A stretch of DNA of 64,000 nucleotides from Opitutaceae bacterium (GCA_051252375.1 JBPOFY010000013.1:1-64000); one strand, 5' to 3'; shown: positions 54,101 through 63,904, counted from the first letter of the stretch. Notes: generated from the letters alone by a model not told the origin. Made by a program: numbers and translations.

Positions 54101-55598
54101 GAACTTTCGTCGGCGTGGCTGCGTTTACATCGGGGATCATCCAAACGATGCCACGGTCTTCGACGACGAAGAGTTTGTCCGGATCGCCAGGAAGGGTTTC
54201 CAGGGCGCTCATACCGCTAAAGGTAAGACCCGGAAGGGCATCTGGGAATTCATACCCACCCTCGGATAAGGCCGCTGGGAAGTTCAAACTACCATCGGGG
54301 TTAGTCAGGTCGGATGCCTCCAGTGTGAGCCCTGCGATGGTGACATGTAATGATCTCGTGACTGTAATTACCAGATTACCGCTACCATCGGTTGAAAGGC
54401 CGGATAGCGTATCGAACCCTGTAGCACCGTTGTCCGTAGTGAAGCTCTTGCCATCTGCCTCCCAAGTAGCATTGAAATTGTTGTTGTTTTGATCGTAGCC
54501 CCCAGTGAGCTTGTAGCTAAGGGAATCATCTAGCCCGGTGAAGGTGAGCACCAGATTACCGTCAACCGCGAGGGGATTACCAGCCGTGTTGTTGGAAATG
54601 ATACTGTCTCCGTAGATGGATTCATCCGACATCTGACCAGAACCTTCCAGCCCGCTGACATCCGCCCTTGCGGTAGCCTGACCAGAATTGTTCGTCACGG
54701 AGAAACCAACATTTGTCAATTCGTCGCCAAGCGTGTCGATAAGGAGTCCAGCAAAGGACTCGGTAGCACCGTTGGCAATGGTCACGTCAGAGTAATTGTT
54801 GAAATTCGAACCGACCACAGGGGCAAGTCCGTTGGCGTCCGTAAAGTCGATGCCAATGCTATGACCGTTGAGCAAAGTATCATGCGATCCATCGAAAGAG
54901 TCGAAGGTGAGACCACCAATGCCTGCGCCTTGAGTATTTAGCCGCTGGGTGCAGGAAACTGCATATGTGCCGTCGGCGTCGATATCGAAGAAGGCCCAGC
55001 CGGTGTTGGTCCCGCCTGGATTTACTTCAAGATCGCTGCTGCCGTGAGCGCCGACTGTGGCAGTGTTAACGCCGTCGCTGAGTGTGATCGAGGTTGGATC
55101 CCAGCGGCCATCACTATTGCTTTCAATGCCAGCAAGAATGCCGACTCGCACGACGGCATCCACCGCAAGTCCGGAGACGGTGAATGTAAGGATCTCATTG
55201 TCTGTTCCTGCTAGGCCGTTGGTACTGTGTCCAAATGCAGCAAGAACGTCAGAACCATCCAGAGTGTTTGGATCATCAATCATTCCATAAGAGGAATACT
55301 CACCCGCTCCAGAGGTGTAATTCGCCCCCTGAGTGATACTGCTGACGTAGCTTGGCAGAGATTGGACGTTGTCGAAAGCAATGCTACCCTGACTCCCGTC
55401 GAAGTCTCCAAAGAAAAACCACCCGTCCGTGCCCAAGCCGCCGCTGAAGTCGATGTCGTTGGTTGCCATCGACAACCAGTTGCCTCCGGTTTCCGTGTAG
55501 CTAGTCGAGCTGCCGTGAATAGAAATTGCTGCGTCAGCGAAGCTAACACACAAAAAACTAAGAAAGGCTAAAGCCTGCGTTTTCGACTGAGTGGGCAT
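51147..55598 (-). CDS. Large secreted protein: PQQ-type sugar dehydrogenase propeller + diheme cytochrome c + cadherin domain
   Basis: Signal peptide; GIAFHPDF, FGPDGYLYIAVGDG, GFRNPW; CVACH and CSYCH; cadherin-like YSIIAGNEDGLFTID; C-terminal YFLRI. Confidence 0.8.
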   Translation of the reverse strand: MPTQSKTQALAFLSFLCVSFADAAISIHGSSTSYTETGGNWLSMATNDIDFSGGLGTDGWFFFGDFDGSQGSIAFDNVQSLPSYVSSITQGANYTSGAGEYSSYGMIDDPNTLDGSDVLAAFGHSTNGLAGTDNEILTFTVSGLAVDAVVRVGILAGIESNSDGRWDPTSITLSDGVNTATVGAHGSSDLEVNPGGTNTGWAFFDIDADGTYAVSCTQRLNTQGAGIGGLTFDSFDGSHDTLLNGHSIGIDFTDANGLAPVVGSNFNNYSDVTIANGATESFAGLLIDTLGDELTNVGFSVTNNSGQATARADVSGLEGSGQMSDESIYGDSIISNNTAGNPLAVDGNLVLTFTGLDDSLSYKLTGGYDQNNNNFNATWEADGKSFTTDNGATGFDTLSGLSTDGSGNLVITVTRSLHVTIAGLTLEASDLTNPDGSLNFPAALSEGGYEFPDALPGLTFSGMSALETLPGDPDKLFVVEDRGIVWMIPDVNAATPTKVQVLDRSSVNTNQTFNAMGGIAFHPDFANNGYIYVTYPSYSGQWTRVSRFTVTDPTNISLVDNNTEVVLIEENYHRSHGFNRLLFGPDGYLYIAVGDGKQDGDGADATLVSQTIDEGLWSSILRIDVDKDPSNYEPNLPNDGTSDLEPSFNLTIPLDGQGKAYYSIPADNPFVDQTAADGSGVSSAYGRATETAHVRTEMYAIGFRNPWKIGFVPDALVPGGATLWAIDVANAGPEKYCIVPKGGNVGWRIFEGTDATDPPFQTDYNFPPPAGVDYVQPVVQYDVTDSNSGSNNKSIIGGDFYLSSEIPALNGAYIMCDFNRGDIWAFHRTDHSDFQYAQRVDIGGGLYDMDSTGMVTETIGGVFDFDSYNVSSIEKLGNQAGIVSMIAHPTTGEVLMADYFTGTIRTISYSTNDSEAGIPLTLSATGAFTDVQNFAVNDAMHPYDVNLSFWSDNAIKSRYFNMVDTTGPMTYSLNEPWGFPAGSIWMKHFEMDLDLDNPGTDIKRIETRFLVKTEGDYYALTYQWNELETEATLVPDEGVDLGLEITDPGGATRIQQWRIPSRGECVACHTPDNGAVLGFSTRQLNHDGTLEEISGNFLTLLHNAGYLSDPGVDPATLPKYYELDEAAIDLEERVRSYLAVNCSYCHYDGNNAVPGSWSGEPALSIEATNLLHGEAIGAQVIDETDRHIIPGDTANSIILNRAAAANGYLRMPPLATSVIDQEGVALLTDWILNYANAAPTISAPVSTLTIAENSAASSSVGSPDANDPDAPLVDRGTLTYSIIAGNEDGLFTIDANTGEISLSLTAPDYEAGNTSHSLTIQVTDGFPANPGSASAAIPIEVSDVPNDDSQGDGVADEWALAKLGSSAINALGDSDHDGTVELFEYWGDTNPLDGSERFVLEGAAPLPIDGYYFEWIIRDSLTADVDYIVEGSTSLVSGFAPLTLNVDYTIESSDPVVEKPGLSRVRIKVTTASPEYFLRISTP

Positions 55599-55691
55599 GT
55601 AGGGTAAAGTGGGAGAACGTGAGATATTTCACATCTATTACAAAAGTGCAATCCCGGCTTATCATCTTCGAAAGCAAGTTATTACAGAATC

Positions 55692-55729
55692 TCCATCTCG
55701 ATTTCACACTGAGTTCATACTCTTCCCAC
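55692..55729 (+). promoter_or_regulatory. cre-tag-like direct repeat box (copy 1)
   Basis: TCCAT-n6-TTCAC-n6-TTCAT-n6-CCCAC, 11-bp period; TATTAT at 55737. Confidence 0.7.
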
Positions 55730-55751
55730 AAAGGTCTATTATATTTGAAGC

Positions 55752-57092
55752 ATGAAACTTCCATCCTTTGCCCGAGTTAAGCTGTGTTTAAGTCTATCCA
55801 TTGCCTCGATGATTATATTGCTGGCGCTCGCGTGCTGCTTTTACCCGGCGGGGGTGATCGTTCGGGCGCTGCTTGATTCAGAATTAAAAGAGATGGGGCG
55901 GAGTCAGTCTTTGTCGTCGTGGTTTGAAGCGTCGGCTGCGAGGCATAGCAAGTGGGCGGATGACTATCTTGAATCAAATATGGCGGAAACGGTGCATCAT
56001 ACTGAAGTCGCTGCGACGGAGTGGCCGATGTTTGGTTCGGTGTTCTTTCTAGTTGCAGCACAACAGCTGCATGATGACGGGTTAGTTGATGCGAAAGAAG
56101 GTGTGATTCGTGAGGCAGTGGAAAAGTCGGCAGCCATTGTGGCTTCACCGAAGACCGCGACCTGGGTGCGAAAGAAGTGGGGCGATGATTATTTGGAGCG
56201 TGAGAATCTGTTCTATCGCATGTTGTTGATCATGGGACTCTCATCATATGAACACATTACCCAGAACCAGCAGTATCATGGATTGATGTCCGAGCAGCGT
56301 GAAACGCTCGCCGCAGAACTGATGGCGGCGAAGCTACATTTATTGGATGATTATCCGTATGAATGTTACCCGAATGATATCCTGTGGGCAGTCGCTGCGA
56401 TCCAACGAGCCGCCGTTTTGGATCAAACAAATCACGATGATCTGGCTCGAAGTTTAATGGCTGCTTTTGACGGCGAGCATGTCGCGGTAAAGGGATTGCC
56501 GGCTTATCAAATGAATGCACAACAAGGCTGGGTGCTTCAGGATCCACGCGGTGTTGGGAACTCTGGGATTCTGGTGTTTGCGGCGGAGTTGGACCCGGCA
56601 ATCGCCAGTCGCTGGTATACTGCTCACGCGAAAGACTTTTGGAAAGATAATGGCTGGCTTGCTGGGTTTACGGAAATGCCTCGCGGTGCAGGTGAGGTGA
56701 TGATGGACGTCGATTCCGGACCAGTGATGTTTGAATTTGGTTCGGTGGCTTCCGCATTTGGTATAGGCGCGGCAAATACGTTGGGACGTCTGGATCACTC
56801 GGTGCCACTCACGCTCGAGGCGATTGCATGTTCTTGGCCGACACCATTTGGTTTTCTAGTGCCACAACTCATGGGCTATGTCGCCGTGGACAGTCGTAGT
56901 TTAGGAGAAGTTGCGTTGTTGTTCTCCATGTCGCGCCCGTCCTCAGTCAATGATATCACTCCCTATGGCGATAATGTCCCGGGAATCGTCTGGATCATGC
57001 TGACTGCCTATCTTGTAGTCGGTAGCATGTTCATAGCCTTGGAGCTTCGCGGTATTCGCCGAGCTTGGAGGGCGTGGGTCAAGCGATGTTAA
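55752..57092 (+). CDS. Membrane-anchored protein, possible linalool dehydratase/isomerase-like helical-barrel fold
   Basis: TM segments at both ends; DDYPYECYPND and DVDSGPV..SVASAFG motifs; family assignment from memory only. Confidence 0.55.
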   Translation: MKLPSFARVKLCLSLSIASMIILLALACCFYPAGVIVRALLDSELKEMGRSQSLSSWFEASAARHSKWADDYLESNMAETVHHTEVAATEWPMFGSVFFLVAAQQLHDDGLVDAKEGVIREAVEKSAAIVASPKTATWVRKKWGDDYLERENLFYRMLLIMGLSSYEHITQNQQYHGLMSEQRETLAAELMAAKLHLLDDYPYECYPNDILWAVAAIQRAAVLDQTNHDDLARSLMAAFDGEHVAVKGLPAYQMNAQQGWVLQDPRGVGNSGILVFAAELDPAIASRWYTAHAKDFWKDNGWLAGFTEMPRGAGEVMMDVDSGPVMFEFGSVASAFGIGAANTLGRLDHSVPLTLEAIACSWPTPFGFLVPQLMGYVAVDSRSLGEVALLFSMSRPSSVNDITPYGDNVPGIVWIMLTAYLVVGSMFIALELRGIRRAWRAWVKRC

Positions 57093-57161
57093 TTAAAATA
57101 GGGGCAGATGGGGCGTGATTATTTGCTGACAACAACGGTTGTAGCGTCATGTATATACTTA

Positions 57162-60100
57162 ATGTTTAACTCATTTAAGAGTCGCAGTGTTTTTTCTATT
57201 CTATTGCTGAGTCTGGGGCGCGTCTTGTTTGGGCTAGACGCCACTCTAGTTGAGCAGATGTTAGATTATTATCCGCCGACTCCTCATTGGGCTTTGGCTT
57301 TAGCCGAACATACTCCTATCGGGGCAGAGCTACCTGAGCTGCCATCGATTCACCATGCACCTGTCGATAGTGCGCCGGTAGCAACACACGTGGATTATTG
57401 GCGACTCTCGCGTTCATGGTCAGATGGTCATGAGCCCTCTTCGGTTGTTCGGCAAAAGGTGTTGAAGGCTGTTTTAGAAACGCCGGCATTGCTGCCGAGT
57501 GCATTAAAGGTTTTGCCCCAAAACAAAGCTGCCGCAATACAGGTGGAAAAGATATTAGGTAGCATACCACAATCGGGTAGTGATGCGGCCTCAGATTTGC
57601 ATGATGTCCGTGCTTGGATATACGAAAATTCAGGCATTCTGCAAGACGAGGTGATGGCAGATGCCGTTCGAAGCTTAGATAATAAATACGGCTGGGCAGG
57701 TTCGCGATCAATGGTAACACTTTGGAGAGTTGATCCCGATGCAGCGACGCAGGTTTGTCTTAGAATGACGAAAAGTGGAGAGTGGAAGCAGCGAGTCGCC
57801 GGAGCGAAGTTTCTATTGGAACATGGCAATACTGAGGAAGATTGGCGGGCCTTGTTGGTGGAGGTTGCAGGTGATTCAGAGTGCACTGAAAATATACGCA
57901 ATGAAGCTAGTCGCGTCTTGTTGAGGCAGGATGCCTCAGTGCGAAATGAATGGATGCTCGCGACTATGCAATTCGCGGACGAGTGGTATCGTAACGGGTT
58001 TGAGAACATTGTGAAGGAAGACCCTGATTATTGGATTCCTAAACTCATTCCATTTGTTGACGGTCCCAATCGGCTGGCGCATGAGCGTGCAGTTGGCCTA
58101 CTTATTAAATTTAATATAGAGCGGGCACGTGTGGATGCGCTGCGTCCACTGTTGCCTTGGTTGTCGAATCCGAATTGGGCGAAGGGGAAGATGGGGCGCT
58201 TACGACTGGTGCAGAGTTTGGATAGGATTTCTCTGCCTGAGAGTATCGACGGTCTCATTTATGTCATAGAGAATGATTCCGATGAGTGGCTGTGCAGAGG
58301 GGCGGCCGAAAGCTTGGCTAGTTATAATGTGAGGGAAGCATTACCTGCGCTAAAAGCTGCCTATGGGCGATTAGGACAGTATCAGGTCTTTGAGGTGATT
58401 GATCAAATGGGTGGTTACACGACGGCCGAGCAATTGGCGTTTATTGAAGCTTACTTTAGAAAGATATCTGAGGAAGATCGTTCTAAGTTCTATCAAGATC
58501 CTTTAGCTGAGTGGATCGATGATGTTTCGGGTGACTATTATATTTCTGCGCTACAGAGAGCGCCGCGCGAGGCATTGTTTCAGGCTTTGATTGAGAGGGC
58601 GCAAACAGTAGAGAAGAGTGATCCCGAATTGGGGAAGTTCTTGAATGCTGTAGTCTTAAACTCTTTTTTGGCGAGTGAGTCAGAATTTCTGTCGAATTCA
58701 TTGAGGGCCGGTAAGGTGTCGTCCGTGCAAATAATCGCTGCCTTGGAGCGCTGCGAAAGCGAAGATTGGAACAGTTATCTCTTTGTTCCTCTGGCACAGA
58801 TGCCAGGTGAGATTGGAGGTTTTGCGACAGTGTTAAGCCGTGATCCCAATCTCGTTTCAGAGGTGTTGCTTGGAGATGATCCCAAGGCACAGGCCGCTGT
58901 TTTTGCTGCGTCGCGTATTATTGGAGATGTGCTACCGCTGGATGCGATTGCCAATGCTCTGGAATTGCCGGCAATAGGAATTCTACGTGATGCAGCCTTA
59001 GCGTATCTCGAAAGCAGTCAAGATGGTCCCACGCGCCAATATTATACGGAAATTCGAGATCGATTTATTAGAGAGGGATTATTGGAAGACCGTCTATTTG
59101 ATGATGATCTTTATATCGAACGACTTGTTGAGTTATTATTGAGTGAACTACGTCACCGTTTTGGCATCGAGCAGACTCCTGTTGAAGTATACGGCTTGCT
59201 TAGTTCTGGGACATGGGGCGGTGTTGGCCAGCGCTATCTCTTGGTCTTTCCCGAACAATGTCTAGCGGTGCAAGACTTTGATGGTGGCCGTATGGGGTTT
59301 GCAAAAGTTTCTGACGTTCAGTTCAAATCCTTTCAAATTTACATCAATGACTATCGAATCGATTCGCTTCCACCGCTTACACTGAACATCCTTGATGGCA
59401 TTCAATATAATTATTTTCATTATGACGGGGTGACTTTGCGAAGCGTATTCATGAATAATCCACCAGCAAATAGCTATGGAGCTGCAGACTATGCTGAGGC
59501 GGATCCTGCGTTGAAAGGGATTGTTTTATACGCCTGTCTGATGCGTAACTTCTTTGATTTATTTGAAGGATTGGATTTTAACCTAAGCTATGGGAGCCAG
59601 TTGGCTATTTTGTTATCCAGAGAGCAGGGCAAGGTTCAGAATGTATGGGCAAGTGGAGATGACCTGCGGGTGCTAATAAAGCACTCAAAGGATGTTTTGT
59701 ATTGGCAGGGGTTGGATTCTAAAACTGGTGAATTCACCGGCGAAGTGCCTGAACCCTCTGCATGTGCAATGTCTAGCATGACTGCGGACATGCATGAAGA
59801 GTTTAAGTATTCTGACTATTATTTGCGGCACCCGTCTCAAGTCCGCAGCAACGAAGTGTATATACGAAGTGGGACTTTCCGTGGTGAATTAGGTATATGG
59901 CTTTGTCAATTAGGCTTAGAGCCAGAGCTTTTGGCCGCTGGTCGTTTTCTCGGAGAATTTGTGTCTAGTGATGGTAAATGGTGCGCTGTTCCTAAAGCAT
60001 TAGGGAGGAGTTGGGCAGAGCCAAATGCAGTAGTGTTATTTAACCTCGAGACACGAGAGCAGTTCACTGTGGATATTGAGCCGGCGGATGAGCTAAATGT

Positions 60101-60536
60101 GGTTTGTTATTTGCCCAGTCACTCTAAGTTTTTAGTCTACCGTTCACGTGATCCAGTGGCGCCAGGTGTTGTGCCGAAGGTGGGGCCTGAATATCCAGAG
60201 TATTACTTGTTCGATCCTGAGTCAGGTGAGAGCTCAATTGTCCATGGTGATTTTGATCTCCTGACTTCACATCGATCATTGCGACCTTTGCAGCCAGTTG
60301 CGGGGGCAGATGGTGATATAGTTTGGGGTGCTAAAACACAATATGGACTAAGTGGAGGACTCATGACAGTAGTCGGGCATTATGATCGCCATGGTTTTAA
60401 GTTTGAACCTCTAATCGATGTGCCAGGTTACGTATTTTCGTCGACTGATATTTGGGTAGATGAAGCCCAAGGGATTTTGTATATAGTCCTTAATGAAGAT
60501 CTAGTCGCGATGGCGCTGGAAGCATCAGTAAAGTAG
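57162..60536 (+). CDS. Large secreted HEAT-repeat-containing protein
   Basis: Signal-like N-terminus; helical repeats (CRGAAESLASYNVREALPALK); beta-rich C-terminus. Confidence 0.65.
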   Translation: MFNSFKSRSVFSILLLSLGRVLFGLDATLVEQMLDYYPPTPHWALALAEHTPIGAELPELPSIHHAPVDSAPVATHVDYWRLSRSWSDGHEPSSVVRQKVLKAVLETPALLPSALKVLPQNKAAAIQVEKILGSIPQSGSDAASDLHDVRAWIYENSGILQDEVMADAVRSLDNKYGWAGSRSMVTLWRVDPDAATQVCLRMTKSGEWKQRVAGAKFLLEHGNTEEDWRALLVEVAGDSECTENIRNEASRVLLRQDASVRNEWMLATMQFADEWYRNGFENIVKEDPDYWIPKLIPFVDGPNRLAHERAVGLLIKFNIERARVDALRPLLPWLSNPNWAKGKMGRLRLVQSLDRISLPESIDGLIYVIENDSDEWLCRGAAESLASYNVREALPALKAAYGRLGQYQVFEVIDQMGGYTTAEQLAFIEAYFRKISEEDRSKFYQDPLAEWIDDVSGDYYISALQRAPREALFQALIERAQTVEKSDPELGKFLNAVVLNSFLASESEFLSNSLRAGKVSSVQIIAALERCESEDWNSYLFVPLAQMPGEIGGFATVLSRDPNLVSEVLLGDDPKAQAAVFAASRIIGDVLPLDAIANALELPAIGILRDAALAYLESSQDGPTRQYYTEIRDRFIREGLLEDRLFDDDLYIERLVELLLSELRHRFGIEQTPVEVYGLLSSGTWGGVGQRYLLVFPEQCLAVQDFDGGRMGFAKVSDVQFKSFQIYINDYRIDSLPPLTLNILDGIQYNYFHYDGVTLRSVFMNNPPANSYGAADYAEADPALKGIVLYACLMRNFFDLFEGLDFNLSYGSQLAILLSREQGKVQNVWASGDDLRVLIKHSKDVLYWQGLDSKTGEFTGEVPEPSACAMSSMTADMHEEFKYSDYYLRHPSQVRSNEVYIRSGTFRGELGIWLCQLGLEPELLAAGRFLGEFVSSDGKWCAVPKALGRSWAEPNAVVLFNLETREQFTVDIEPADELNVVCYLPSHSKFLVYRSRDPVAPGVVPKVGPEYPEYYLFDPESGESSIVHGDFDLLTSHRSLRPLQPVAGADGDIVWGAKTQYGLSGGLMTVVGHYDRHGFKFEPLIDVPGYVFSSTDIWVDEAQGILYIVLNEDLVAMALEASVK

Positions 60537-60594
60537 TGTTCTGAGTGTATGTCGCCGTGAAGGTGCGATGCGATAAACCCCTGCATTCGCGAAA

Positions 60595-60632
60595 TCCATC
60601 TCGATTTCACATTGAGTTCATACTCTTTTCAA
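60595..60632 (+). promoter_or_regulatory. cre-tag-like direct repeat box (copy 2)
   Basis: TCCAT-n6-TTCAC-n6-TTCAT-n6-TTCAA; 32/33 identical to 55692-55724; TATTAT at 60643. Confidence 0.7.
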
Positions 60633-60656
60633 ATGCGGTCGTTATTATGGGTGGCG

Positions 60657-62336
60657 ATGAAAAAAATATATCTATCCCTGTTGGGTTGTCTGCTTGTGGG
60701 GTCGCTTTGTGCGACTTCAAAAATTGAGGAGGCGACGGTCACTTTGCCATATACTGAATTGGCGGGTTTGTTGGATCGAGTGCATGCGGTGGAGCGTGCT
60801 GCCGAGGAAGTGCCTGAGCCGCCGAAGCCACCGGTCGATGTCTTAGTTCATGCTGCGGCTTACTCGCTGGATTGCGAATTGGTCGATCGCGCGACTTTGA
60901 CCGCGTCTTTTGAGCTTTCGAATCTTTCGGAGGCATGGCAGACGGTGCCTTTGATGGCTTCGGATATGGCGATCCGTTCGATCGAACCGATTGAGGCGAA
61001 AGTTTTGACCGTGGATGGGATGCTTTGCTTGTTACTGGAGCCGAAAACGAGCGCCTCGGTTCAATTGGAATTGTTGGCGGGAGCGATGAGCCCAGGGCAT
61101 GGCAGTCAAGTGATCGCGACTTTTAACGCGATACCCGCGGCTCATTCGAGCTTGTCGATTTTGAATGCTCCGTTGGATTCAAAGATGATTGTTTCGGGAG
61201 CGGTTACAGAGGGTGGTGGCACGAATCGCTATGGTTTACCTTCTTCTGGTGGTCCGGTGCGGGTGAAGCAGTATAATGAAGAAGCGGTGTTGAAGGCTGA
61301 ATGGAAAGGCTTGGCGCAGTATTATGTAAGTGAGGTCGATGGTGAGTTGGAGGTGCAGTGTCAGCTGCGACTGACTGCTATGAATAACGGTCGCACTTCG
61401 TTTGCGCTACTTGGGCTGCCAGATGACGCTTATTTAAATGAGGTGCAGAGTGAGGGTTTGCAGGGAAAGCCTTCGGTTGAACGCACGGCCGGTGGCTCGC
61501 ACTTGCGGTTGAATTGGACCGATGACGAGGCGACGTCGAGGCAGGTGGTAGTGCGCTATACCTTGCCTTTTGTTTCTAAGGATGAAGCATGGACGCTTGG
61601 TGGTATCGGGGTGGCGCATACTTCTAGTTGGCGTGAGGTGTATTACTTCGCGGCTTTTGATGGGCTGGATATTATTCCGACGGATCGCGAATGGCTGGTT
61701 TCGGGGCGAGTTCCTGAATGGGTGCAGCGCGCTTCGGGAGCGCAGGATTTACGCACGTTGGAGAATGTAGGGCATCAGCCGATCCAATTCACCACACGGC
61801 TCATGCCACGTTTATCGACTTCGGTCGCGACGATCGCAGAGGCCAACTTCGCAACGCAGCTTGTCGGTGAGGGTGGGCAGTTACATAAGGCAGGTCTGAG
61901 GATTGAGCACGGCGAAATGGCTGCTTATCGATTTGTGCTTCCAGGCGGTGGTCGCTTGTTAGCTTGCTCCGTTGGCGGCCGCAAGGTGGAGCCTCTATTG
62001 TTAGAGGATGGCGCCTTGTTGGTGAATTTACCAAAGCCCAAAAACGGGTCGGCGGTCACCACGGTCGATTACACCTACACCGCAAAAGGCGCTTTCTTTA
62101 ATCCGGTTGAAGGCAAAATGGAACTGGAATTGCCGTGGACTTCACTCTTCGTCCATAAATTGAAGTGGGCGGTTCTGTTACCCGATGCGTATCAGGCAAC
62201 CGCACTTGAAGGCAATGTTGTGATTGTCGAAGGCGGGCAGCGCCCGGGGCAGTCTGTGATATTGGGGAAGCAAATTTTTCACGATGAGACGCCGAGTGCG
62301 TCACTCTATTACACACGTCGAGACCTGAATAAATAA
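60657..62336 (+). CDS. Secreted hypothetical protein
   Basis: MKKIYLSLLGCLLVGSLCA signal peptide, beta-rich body; start moved to ATG 60657. Confidence 0.7.
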   Translation: MKKIYLSLLGCLLVGSLCATSKIEEATVTLPYTELAGLLDRVHAVERAAEEVPEPPKPPVDVLVHAAAYSLDCELVDRATLTASFELSNLSEAWQTVPLMASDMAIRSIEPIEAKVLTVDGMLCLLLEPKTSASVQLELLAGAMSPGHGSQVIATFNAIPAAHSSLSILNAPLDSKMIVSGAVTEGGGTNRYGLPSSGGPVRVKQYNEEAVLKAEWKGLAQYYVSEVDGELEVQCQLRLTAMNNGRTSFALLGLPDDAYLNEVQSEGLQGKPSVERTAGGSHLRLNWTDDEATSRQVVVRYTLPFVSKDEAWTLGGIGVAHTSSWREVYYFAAFDGLDIIPTDREWLVSGRVPEWVQRASGAQDLRTLENVGHQPIQFTTRLMPRLSTSVATIAEANFATQLVGEGGQLHKAGLRIEHGEMAAYRFVLPGGGRLLACSVGGRKVEPLLLEDGALLVNLPKPKNGSAVTTVDYTYTAKGAFFNPVEGKMELELPWTSLFVHKLKWAVLLPDAYQATALEGNVVIVEGGQRPGQSVILGKQIFHDETPSASLYYTRRDLNK

Positions 62337-62374
62337 TCTAACTTCTAGCTCCTAAATTCTAACTTCTTAATACT

Positions 62375-63613
62375 ATGCATAATAATAAACTTACATTCGG
62401 ATCCATTGCCGCAGTCGGCTTGATTTTTCTCTGCACCACGGTCGCGTGGTTTATTCTCGGGGGCGCCTTGACGCAAAGATCTATGGGGCGCTCGGGTCCT
62501 TTGGGGCAACAAGTCAGAAGCACGTGGGGGCCGTCCTTGTTGCAGTCGCATCCCGTTGCTTGGTATGAATCGCCCACCGGCGCAAAGGGACGTAGTGAAG
62601 TGAGCCCGAGCTCGAGCGAGATCAGTGTTAAGCTTTCTTATGATCCTCAGCGAAAGGGTTTGTTCTGGTATCGAACATATATGAGTGAGTTTGCCGCGCA
62701 GTATACGATTCCGAATCCGACACCGATTGCGCAGACTGTCTATGTGGCATTTTCGCTGCCGTCTGCGGATGCGAGTTATAATGAATTCAAATTCGAGCTG
62801 ACTGGCGCGGGTGTTGATGAGCCTGTATTACACGATGGCACGATTACACAAGCCGTTGTGGTGCCTGCTTATAGCTCGGCTCCATTAACGGTGACGTATC
62901 ATGCTCGCGGGTTGGATCGTTGGGATTACGATTTAGGCGGTGCGAGCCGTATTAAAAACTTCGCCCTTACGATGGAGACAGATTTTGATTCGATTGATTT
63001 CCCCGTGGGCACTGGCTCGCCCACGTCGCGCAAAAAGCTGAAAGACAGTGGATGGGAGGCGCGTTGGGATTATCCAGATGTGATTGGTGCGCAGTCGATC
63101 GGGATGGATATGCCGAAGGTCTTGAACGCGGGACCAGTTGCGTCGCGGATTAGTTTCTTTGCTCCGGTTTCGTTGTTATTCTTTTTTGCCGTGCTGGTGA
63201 TCTTTGGTGCTGTCACTGGAATCAATCTTCACCCGATGAATTACTTCTTTCTCGCTGCGGGTTCGTTCGCCTTCCAACTGCTGTTTGCTTACACAGTAGA
63301 TTTGATGCCTTTGCATCTGTGTTTCTTTCTCTCGGCGATGGTGTCTCTAGTATTGGTCTGTGGTTACTTGCATGCGATGGGCGGGCGGAAGCTGACGCGC
63401 ATCGCGTTGCCGGCTCAGTTTGTTTATATGGTTCTGTTCAGTTATAGCTTCTTCTTTGATGGCTTGAGTGGTCTGACGATCACGGTAGGTGCGATTCTGA
63501 CCCTGGCGGTTTTGATGATCGCGACCGCGAAGATGGATTGGTCGACCGTGTTTGTTAGCCGTAAAAATCGTCGCCAAGTGCCGCCTCCAATTCCTTCAGC
63601 CCCTCTATCCTAA
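62375..63613 (+). CDS. creD: CreD-like inner membrane protein
   Basis: N-terminal TM, large periplasmic domain, ~6 C-terminal TMs with LHPMNYFFL motif; followed by a CreB-like regulator. Confidence 0.7.
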   Translation: MHNNKLTFGSIAAVGLIFLCTTVAWFILGGALTQRSMGRSGPLGQQVRSTWGPSLLQSHPVAWYESPTGAKGRSEVSPSSSEISVKLSYDPQRKGLFWYRTYMSEFAAQYTIPNPTPIAQTVYVAFSLPSADASYNEFKFELTGAGVDEPVLHDGTITQAVVVPAYSSAPLTVTYHARGLDRWDYDLGGASRIKNFALTMETDFDSIDFPVGTGSPTSRKKLKDSGWEARWDYPDVIGAQSIGMDMPKVLNAGPVASRISFFAPVSLLFFFAVLVIFGAVTGINLHPMNYFFLAAGSFAFQLLFAYTVDLMPLHLCFFLSAMVSLVLVCGYLHAMGGRKLTRIALPAQFVYMVLFSYSFFFDGLSGLTITVGAILTLAVLMIATAKMDWSTVFVSRKNRRQVPPPIPSAPLS

Positions 63614-63762
63614 TGGAAAGCGTGTTACTCATTAGTCTCTGTGCGATGATCAGTCCTATCCTGATCATCGCCATGTCGGCGGTCGTGATCTCCGCGCCAT
63701 TCTGGATTTTTGGTGTGCTGTTTGTAGGACTGAGGATGCTGCAGTCGCTTACGAATCGGTGA
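63613..63762 (+). CDS. Small hydrophobic membrane protein (49 aa)
   Basis: TAATG overlap with the creD stop; MESVLLISLCAMISPILIIAMSAVVISAPFWIFGVLFVGLRMLQSLTNR. Confidence 0.5.
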   Translation: MESVLLISLCAMISPILIIAMSAVVISAPFWIFGVLFVGLRMLQSLTNR

Positions 63763-63766
63763 TAGG

Positions 63767-63848
63767 TGGAAGGGTTGCGCTCCGTCGCAACCGCTGAGCA
63801 TATCGACGGTCTTGACCTATCTCGGCGGTGACGGAGCACCGCCCTCCA
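63767..63848. repeat. GGAG-type REP pair
   Basis: TGGAAGGGTTGCGCTCCGTCGCAACCG ... CGGCGGTGACGGAGCACCGCCCTCCA. Confidence 0.7.
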
Positions 63849-63904
63849 TTTATCAATTCTGTTCTGTGCCTTTTGTGAATTTTGTGGTTAAACCAACGTT
63901 GAAT

